Shown here: piece by piece, positions 56,361-64,000 of the stretch
Position numbering within the stretch: the stretch's first letter is position 1
Layout of the letters: every line of letters starts with the position of its first letter
Assembly (NCBI GenBank): GCA_026936335.1
Contig: JAPMXV010000034.1
Coordinates: 124,001 to 188,000 of the forward strand
Source of the DNA: Mantamonas sphyraenae STR306
Lineage: Eukaryota; Protista; CRuMs
DNA: 64,000 bases
Direction: 5' to 3'
Notes under the pieces: generated by a model
Databases searched by the model: none
The model's input: the letters and a program-made list of their open reading frames with translations, nothing else
Told to the model about the DNA's origin: nothing
Program-made: the position numbers and the translations under genes

Positions 56361-56888
56361 TGTGGTGGTGTTCCCGTTCCCCGTGTTGCTGCTACCTTCC
56401 GTTCCCCCCGAAGAGTCTTTGGTGTGGTTTCCGCCGCCTGCAGTGGTGGTGGTGGTCGTCGTCGTCGTTTGTGGTGTTTGCGTTCCGTCCTGATTTGTGT
56501 TGACCACAGGCTCCTCCAGCAAGATGGCAATGACTGCTTCTGTATCCATGTTGTGCTGTTTCAACAGCACAGTCGCGCGCTGGTCGTCAATGTCGCCCAG
56601 CAAAGCTGTGATTTGGCTGAGGGCTGACGCGAGGGTCGCTTGGAACTCGGCGCTCTCCTCGTCGGTATCTCCGTTGTTTGCGCCCACGTTGCCTGTGTCC
56701 TTCTCGTCGTTTGTCTGTGTCCCAGCGTTGTCTGAGTCCCCTTGGAGCAGAGTGTTGATGGCGGCCTCCTGGTCGATGCCGTTTTCCCTCAGGATGCGAA
56801 TGACCTTGTCGTGGTCCACATCTCCCAGCAGGTCTTCGATGGCGCTGGCCACAGTCATGAGCTGCATCTGCTCCTCGTTGTTGCTCAT
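55434..56888 (-). CDS. RBR (RING-IBR-RING) E3 ubiquitin ligase with two N-terminal CUE-like domains
   Basis: Two repeats of LLGD.D....LL......EA.I..LL; RING1 CSVC..CYHKFCLDC; IBR; RING2 CPKCKANIEKNGGCNHMTC..C..FCWLC. Confidence 0.93.
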
Positions 56889-57081
56889 GATTGCAATGTT
56901 GAGACGAGCAGACGTGGACGTGTGAGGTGATTGTGCTGCGATGGGGTGCGCGGCAAACAAGGGTCTCACACGAGTGAATGCACAGGAGAAGCATTGAAGC
57001 ATGGGGGTTGGGGAATTCCCAGAGTGCAACCTGCGCGTGGACAACCAATCGATCCCAGGGCGAGAGAGAGAGAGAAAAAGG

Positions 57082-57937
57082 ATGCAAAACGCGGATGGGC
57101 CTGTGCGTGGCACAGAGATCCGCTCTGGCTTCCTGGACAAAAAGGGAGAGGTGAACAAGTCGTGGAAGACGCGCTGGTTTGTACTGGCGGCGAAGCAGCT
57201 GTGGTATTACCGCAAGTCCGACGCACCCAAGCCCATTTCCAGCATCGAGCTTGAGGACACTACCATCCGGGTAGGTGGAAGGGCGGCGAGAGGAGGCCGA
57301 AGGCCGAAGGGTGTGGGTTGTTGTGTCGTAGACTGACACGCGAGTGGGCAACGTGCAGCCATGCGAGGAGGCGTTTGACGAGTACGACTTTGCGTTTGAG
57401 ATTGTGACGCGAGGCAGGATTTACCAGCTGGCGGCGAGCTCGGCCGAGGAGATGCGCAACTGGATGCGCGATCTGTCGCAACAGACAATCCACAATCTGG
57501 AGAACAAAATCATGGTGGATGCGGAGATGCTCATTATGAAGGTGGAGCGGGAACACCGTTTTTTGTCGACGCCCGAAGCAAACGCGCGGCGGACGCTGGT
57601 AATGGAGGCGGGAGACGAGGAGAGCGAGACAGAAACGCAGGGCAAGGATGTGGAGGAGGGAGACGAAGGGGAGGAGGGAGACGGGGAGGAAGAGGCCGGT
57701 GTGGATGCAAGCGGGAGGCAAAAGAGGGGCGGGTCGGTGTTCAACGACGTGAAGTTTGACCTGCCGCACATGGGCGGGTCGCTCGCACCTGTGTCGGGGA
57801 CAATGCAAGGCGCAGGAAGCAGCACGGGCAGTCAGGACAGTGACGATGGAGGCGCCAAGAACCCCAAATTCTCGCGTCTGAAGAAGGCCATTCGGTCGTC
57901 GAGCTTCAAGCGTTTGACCAAGGGCCAAACACCGTGA
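57082..57937 (+). CDS. PH-domain protein, 2 exons
   Basis: RSGFLDKKGEVNKSWKTRWFVL...FAFEIVTRGRIYQLAASSAEEMRNWM. Confidence 0.88.
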
Positions 57938-58010
57938 GCGGGGCGGAATGGGAGGGATATATGGGCCGAAGGGTAGAGATGCTTGCGAAAAGGAGGTATG
58001 CGTGAATGTA

Positions 58011-59416
58011 ATGTATGTTGAAGAACGCGACGAGGCGGCAAACGAAAAAGGCAGAGCCGAGAAGAGAGAGATGCCTGCGCTGTGTGTGGTGGGCAACCAG
58101 AGTAGCGGAAAGACACAGGTGATTGGGGTGTTGAAGCAGTTGGTGGCGGGCGATCAGACAGGAGCAAGCGCAAGCATGGGATTGGGGCTGGACTACCACA
58201 GCGTGCAGGCGAGGGGCAAAGAGTACGAGTTGTGGGAAGTGCAAGGGGACACGCAACTGCTGCCGTTGATGGACCTAACGAGTGTGGGTCAGCAACAAGG
58301 AGAGGACGGGAAGCAAGGCAAGGCCGGATTGGACATGATCCTGATTGTGCTGGACTGGAGCCAGCCCAGGACGCTGCTGAGCAGCCTGAAAAAGTGGCTG
58401 GGTGGGCTGGACGAGGTGGAAGCGGCCAAGAACGTGCCGGTGATGGTACTGGTGAACAAAAGCGACACAATGGGGACGTTTACGTCGCAATTTATGGAAG
58501 CAGACGCAGAGCGCAAGCTGCGCATTGTACAGCAGTGTTTGCGGCGCGAGTGTTTGGCGTGTAAGTTGTGTGATCAGGAAGCGGCGGGAAACGGGTGCAC
58601 GAGGCAAAGGGTGACGGCAGGCTGACACGGAAGTCGGACGGTGCAGACAACGCCGGATTGGCGTATGTGTCGTGTGAGACGAGAAAGAATGTGGAATGGG
58701 TGTGGCACTGGATTGAAGAGGCTTGCACAGAGAGGGCAGAGGAGAAGGAAACGACGGAAGGGGACAACGAGGAGGCGGAGGAGGAGGAGCGGTGGAGCAA
58801 CAGCTTGGATTCGGACAACATTTTGATCCGTGCAGGCAGCGACAAGAAGGAGTATGTGGATATCAGCGGGAGTCTGACGGAGCAGGAAGAGCGGTTTGAA
58901 GATGCGGTGGGGGAGATGGATGGAGACACGTCGCAAGGAGGAGGGAGCAGCAGCAGCGAAACAGAGGGTCAAGAGCAGCCTTTGTCGACGGAGGAACTGG
59001 AAGCGCAAGTAAGTGCTGCGTTTGAGGCGGCTCTGGCAAAGGCGGCGGAGGCAGGAGAGTACTCTGGGGCGACGTCGACGATGGATGCGCTGAACGAAAG
59101 TGCAGGGGCAACAGGTGGCGGCGGAAGCAGCAGCAGCAGCGGCGGGGGCAGCAACGGAGGGGAGTCTGGGGAGAAGGAAGGGAGTGCGGGAGGAGACAGT
59201 GCGGGTGGAGGGCTGGAGGCAAAGTGGGACAAGATGCGCAAGAAGAGGGTGGCCAAGGGAGATGCACGTGGAGCCAAGGCGCTCAAGGCGTCGGACATTG
59301 CCAATGGAGGGTCGCCACGACGAGGGCGGTCAGGGACAAAGAGCGCGCTGGCGGCGTTGCGAGCGAGCAGCAGTGGAGGAGGCGGAGGGAGCGATGACGG
59401 GAAGAAAACGGAATGA
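58011..59416 (+). CDS. Cytoplasmic dynein light intermediate chain (DLIC), divergent, 2 exons
   Basis: GNQSSGKT P-loop; GLGLDY; IVLDWSQP; VLVNKSD; VQQCLRRECLAYNAGLAYVS; NILIRAGSD. Confidence 0.75.
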
Positions 59417-59444
59417 GAGATTGATTCTGTGAGTGTAGTGTGGC

Positions 59445-60062
59445 TTAGTCGAAGGAGGTCTTGAGCACGTAGATGTTGTCGTTGTCGAGGGTGATGGAAA
59501 CCTGGGAGTTGTCGAATTGCACTGGAGTGGGGCATTTCGCGTGCACGCGTGAGCAGGCGATGCACAGGGCACGAGGGAGTGTACGGAGGAGTGGATGGCA
59601 CGAAGGTGATGTGACGCTTACCTGTCAAACGCGAGAACTTCTCGTCGTCCTTTTCGAGGCGTTGCAGGACGGCCTGGGTGTCCTGCAGGATGGCGGTGAC
59701 CAATGCGGGCAGGTTCTCTGCGCTGGCGCCCTCGTACTCGCCGGAGCTCTGTGCGTGGAGAGGACGGGTGAGGAAGAGCACGAGGGAGGGTAGTGTGCGA
59801 AGGAGGCACACCGTGGCAAAGGAAACGGTGCGTGAGTGCGTGGGGCAGGAGGACGGGAGGCAGCGAGGAGGAGCTCACCTTGACGATGGTGCCGTTCTCG
59901 CGGCTGACCACAGCCACACCCGTCTGGTTGTCTACTTCCTGCAGCGCGTCAAAGATGGCGTCGGACTGTGTCGGGGCGTGTGTTGTGGAGGGAGAGGCGG
60001 TTGGAGTGAGCCAGAGGTGTCCTTGCGGGAAAGGGGCAAAGGCGGAGCGAGGCACGGACCAT
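59445..60062 (-). CDS. LAMTOR4: Ragulator subunit LAMTOR4-like roadblock protein, 4 exons
   Basis: Spliced product M/SDAIFDALQEVDNQTGVAVVSRENGTIVK/SSGEYEG...FSRLT/VQFDNSQVSITLDNDNIYVLK matches the LAMTOR4 pattern. Confidence 0.75.
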
Positions 60063-60107
60063 TCGGATTGCTTTGTGTGCGTCTGCGCTTCCAACCGAGA
60101 GGGGGGA

Positions 60108-62837
60108 ATGGTGAGCTGGAGAAGGGGGGGGGGATGTGGAGGGTGCAGTGGCAGCAGATTGGCCTAGGAGGATGCACCCGTCATGGTGGCGTGCTGACAC
60201 AAAAGAGGCTGTGTGCGCACACAGGGAATCTCGGGACTGCTGAACGCCCTGAAGCCGGCCATCACGCCGCTGGAGCTGAAGAGCCTGAGCGGGCAGACGG
60301 TGGCGGTGGATGCGTCTGTGTGGCTGCACAAGTCGACGTACGGGTGTGCGTACGAGCTGGCCATCGGCCAATGGACGGACAAGTGGGTTTGAGAGCGGGA
60401 AGCAGAGCGGGAGTGATGGTGGTTTGTTGCTGACCGGCCGCTGTGGACGCACAGGCACATCAACTACTGCATGCGGCAAGTGGGGCTGCTGCAACACTAC
60501 AAGATCCGTCCGTACATTGTGTTTGACGGCGCGACGCTGCCAGCCAAGGCCGGGACGGAGGAGGAGCGACGGAGGTAGGTGGTTCTTGGGAAATGGCGCG
60601 AAAAGCGCGCGCTGTGCGACGCTGTCAAGGGGCCGACAGGTGGGGTGGGATGAGGCAGTGGTGGCACAGAGACAGGGCGACTGACACGGCACGGGCAATT
60701 GGATGGACCCAGGTCGCGTGAAAAGTACCACCGCATGGGGATGGAGTATGTGCGGGCCGGGAACAGGGCGGAGGCGACGCGGTGTTTCCAACGCTGCGCC
60801 AACGTGGATGCACACATGGCCTACGAGTTTATCAAGCGCCTCAGGGCAGAAAACGTGCCGTTTGTGGTTGCACCGTACGAGGCAGACGCACAGCTAGCGT
60901 ACCTGGCACGCAATGGACTGGTGGACGCAGTGATCACCGAGGACTCGGACATGATTGCGTTTGGGTGCTCGCGTGTGCTGTACAAACTGGACAAGTTTGG
61001 GGCGGCGCAGGAGTTTCGCCTGAAGCGGCTGCTGCAGGTGAGCGAGCCGCTGGATTTCAGGGAGTGGGACGGAGAGATGCTGCTGACGGCGTGCATCTTG
61101 TCAGGGTGCGACTACCTGCCTTCTATGAAGGGAATGGGCTTCATCACGGCGCACCAGGCTGTGCAACGCTACCGCAACCACGAACGACTGTTTGAGAATC
61201 TGCGGATGGGTCAAAAGACGGGCACAAAGGTTGTCAAGGGCAAACTGGCGCTGACGGAGGAGTATGCGCGTAACTTTCGTGTCGCATGGCTGACGTTTCA
61301 CTACCAGCGTGTGTATGATCCACGCACGCGCACGGTGGTTCACCTGACGCCTCTTCCGGAGGGGTTGGACGAGAGTGTGCTGGACGAGGGGATTCCTGCG
61401 GGGCTGCTAGCCGGGAGCAAAGGAGGTTCGGCATCATCGTCATCGTCGTCATCGTCATCGTCATCGTCAGGGATGGATGGTATGGACACGGAGGAGATTG
61501 GAGAGCGAAGCGCAGAGAAGTGGATGGACTTTGTGGGGCCTGCGCTGCCAGAGGAGATTGCACGGGGGGTGTGCGAAGGCAAGTTGCACCCGTACACACA
61601 TGCCGACCTGGAGAAGCACAGTGTGGAGCAGCGGAGGGGACTGGGTGCAGATGGTAAAGGGCGCGGTTGGAGCAGGCGGAACAAAGCGGGCAAGAAGAAT
61701 GGGGCGTTGCCGGAGCAGAAGCAAAAGATCTCGCGATTCCTGGTGAAGCGCGTGCGCGAAGGGACGCAGAAAAAGGTGGCTGGGGAAGCAAGCGAGGCGA
61801 TGGTGGCAGTGGGCAAGGCAAAGAGCAGTGCGGGTAGGGAGGATGGAGCGCAGACACAAAAGATGGTGGAGGAGATGGAACGCAGAAATAGGCGGGAGGA
61901 ACACAAGCGGGCGACAGATGAGTTGCTAGCCATGCTGAAACGGGACATTGGAGCGTCGTCGGCGGAGAAGGGCGGGAGGAAGAGGCGGAGCGAGGAAGAG
62001 GAGTTGGAGGAGCGGATGCTGGAGCAGGCACTGAAGCGAAGTCGAGTGGAAACGAGTGCGGCTGAGTGTTTGGTGGCCAGCAGCAGCTTGGAGGAAGAGG
62101 AGGAGGGGGAGGAGAAGGAAGCCAAGGGGACGCCGAAGAAATCAAGCACAAAGCGGAAGCAGCCACGGGCCAAGAGGGGGGCAAAGACAAAGGGTGTCCT
62201 GCGCACGCCGGTGAACAACAGAAACAATCATCGGCGTGTGATCAGCCAATACTTTGCGACGCCGCCGAGCTCGACCGCGAGTGAAACACCGGACAGTGGC
62301 AGCGGTACAAGCGGAGGGACGTCAACGACGACGAGCACGAGCACGATGACGATGACGGTGACGAGTGCACGCGCGACGCTGGCACAAAAGTTTGAGGCCA
62401 TGCTGGGGCCGCGTGCGTATGCAGGCAAGAAGGACGAGGGACTAGAGCGGTCAGCAAGCGAGACGAGCAGCGCAGGGAGCTCCAGCGCGTTTGCAGCGCC
62501 GGGAAAGCAGGTGTCGGGTGGGCACGGGAGCGGGGATGGGCAGACGCCGAATGTGCGGCCGTCCTCGAATCCGGATCTGAAACCGGCGCTGCTGGACCTA
62601 AGCAAGATGGAGTACAGGCGGTCGTCGTCGGTGACATCGATTTTTAGCTCGGGTGGGCGCTCGTCGTCGATGTCGAACCGGTCGATGGATGCGTTGGACG
62701 AGTCGCGGCCGAGCGAGGAGGAGGACGCGCAAGGATCGCAGTCTCACTCGCAACGCAGTGTGAGTGAAGTGCACGCATTGATGGCGAGCAGCACTGCACG
62801 TCGTAGCAAGCAGTTTTATGGGGAAGAGGAGGTGTAG
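60108..62837 (+). CDS. EXO1: Exonuclease 1 (XPG/Rad2 family), 4 exons
   Basis: M/GISGLL...VAVDASVWLHK; VFDGATLPAK; VAPYEADAQLAYL; ITEDSD; ILSGCDYL; FHYQRVYDP. Confidence 0.96.
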
Positions 62838-62907
62838 TGCGGCGAGGAGCACTGCACGTCGGGCAAGTGGTTTAATGGGGAAGAGGAGGTGTAGTGTGGC
62901 GAGCAGC
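62783..62907 (+). repeat. ~57-bp tandem duplication spanning the EXO1 stop codon
   Basis: Units 62783-62840 and 62841-62897 (GGCGAG.AGCACTGCACGTCG...GGGGAAGAGGAGGTGTAGTG), plus a partial third unit. Confidence 0.9.
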
Positions 62908-62947
62908 AGCAATGCAGCAGTGCGTGGATTCAACAATGTTTCATTTG

Positions 62948-63948
62948 TCATTGAGTCTCGTCGGCGTCGTCGCTCGGCTGTGTCTTTGCCTTCTTCTTGG
63001 TGGGGCGCACAAGGAGAAGGACCATGCCGCTGGAAAGCTGGGCAACGTCGTCGAGAGAGACCTCGTCTTCGTCGAGGACGTCGATAAACTGCTTCTTGCC
63101 GCGGAGGTTGAACTTGGCCGAGGCGAGGGAGAGGAGATCCCGGACAGAGTCTGGGCGTTCGTTCACACGCAGCAAGCGCTCCTTGGCCCCCTGGCCGTGG
63201 ATGCGCAGCTTAAAGTGCATCTGACCGCGACGATAGGATTCCTGTTCGCGAATAGGGTTGCGCTTGGCGGAGAACAGGGCCTTGCCGTTGACGTAGCGTG
63301 GCGTGGAAGCGGTTTCGGAGGTGGTGGACGTCTCTGGCACGTCGACGTCGACGACTTGTGCGTATTGGTCGTCGTTGCTGTACATGGATTGTGCGGTGGT
63401 CGGGGTGTGCTCGTCGTCGTGTTGCTCCTCTTCCTCCTCCTCCTCCTCCTCATCGTCATCGTCATCATCCTCGTACTCCTCCTCACGGGCAAAGTAGTCT
63501 GGGTTCTGATGGATGTAGCCTGTGCCGTAGCGCTCCTCGTATTCGCGGAGAGACTTGTTGCTGCTGAGGTTCTTGGCCTTGATCTTCCAATGGGCATCCT
63601 GGTTGAGCCTGAGGGCAACATTCTTGGGCAGAAACTGTTGTTCCTCACGCACGACGCGGTCCATCTCGCTCTCGTGGATGACCATTTGCAGAGTGCGGTC
63701 CGAGTACATCTCTTCGGCGAGATGGGTTGTGCCGTCGCTAAACATCAGCTGATGCTCCTGGTAGTTGAGGCTGGGGTTAGCCCAAATGCCTTCGTCGACA
63801 AGTTGGACGTCGGCGGCGGTGTCTGCGTCGTCGTTGTCGTACGGCTCGTGGGGCTGGGGCTGGGAGCCACTCTCGGCGGCCTCCATGGCAGCAATGGCGG
63901 CAAGGATTTCCTCTGGCACGTCTTCGCCAAAGTCTTGTTCAAAGATGT
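62948..63948 (-). CDS. Acidic protein with a C-terminal KHA/ubiquitin-like domain; 5' end probably outside the window
   Basis: PDSVRDLLSLASAKF...VLDEDEVSLDDVAQLSSGMVLLL resembles KHA. An acceptor CAG precedes DIFEQDF. Confidence 0.6.
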
Positions 63949-64000
63949 CTGCCGGTTGGTGGACATGTTGGCCGCTGGGCCCATTTCCTCTGCGCTGGGC

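Noticed and set aside
62783-62907. CRISPR-like repeat
   Set aside because: Head-to-tail units with no spacers, eukaryotic context and no cas genes.

Overview
Very gene-dense, GC-rich nuclear DNA from a unicellular eukaryote; the species cannot be identified from this window. It holds about 33 protein-coding genes with short spliceosomal introns (GT-AG, one probable GC-AG; CTGAC/CTCAC branch points) and intergenic gaps often under 100 nt. Genes in order: ArfGAP (5' end), RRP41, HADHB-type thiolase, an unknown protein with a 5-nt micro-exon, RING-H2 E3, NOPCHAP1, STS-like sulfatase, Mis18BP1-like SANT protein, rhomboid, RABGGTB, acetylornithine deacetylase, dienelactone hydrolase, PP1 (x2), cathepsin, TAF4, Zn-ADH, GPI-anchored Frizzled-like CRD protein, a giant pseudokinase, EDC4, RPL32, SPIDR-like protein, DENND6, PepT/SLC15, KIF24-like kinesin-13, PSTAIRE CDK, RPL29 (x2), a 12-TM pseudo-cyclase, TMEM50/Vps68, CUE-RBR E3, PH protein, dynein LIC, LAMTOR4, EXO1 and a KHA-domain protein. 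I found no tRNA, rRNA, CRISPR array or transposase. The most striking unexplained structure has four parts. (1) A sawtooth G/C strand skew that ignores gene orientation and flips G-to-C roughly every 8-13 kb. (2) Two near-identical whole-gene duplications, an inverted 2.1-kb PP1 pair and a direct 1.24-kb RPL29 pair. They carry the longest purine/pyrimidine tracts and sit at those flips. (3) Divergent start codons as close as 45 nt, with ATG-only first coding exons. (4) Seven 1-2 nt frameshifts, most likely long-read assembly errors. All family calls come from recognising motifs by eye, not from database searches.
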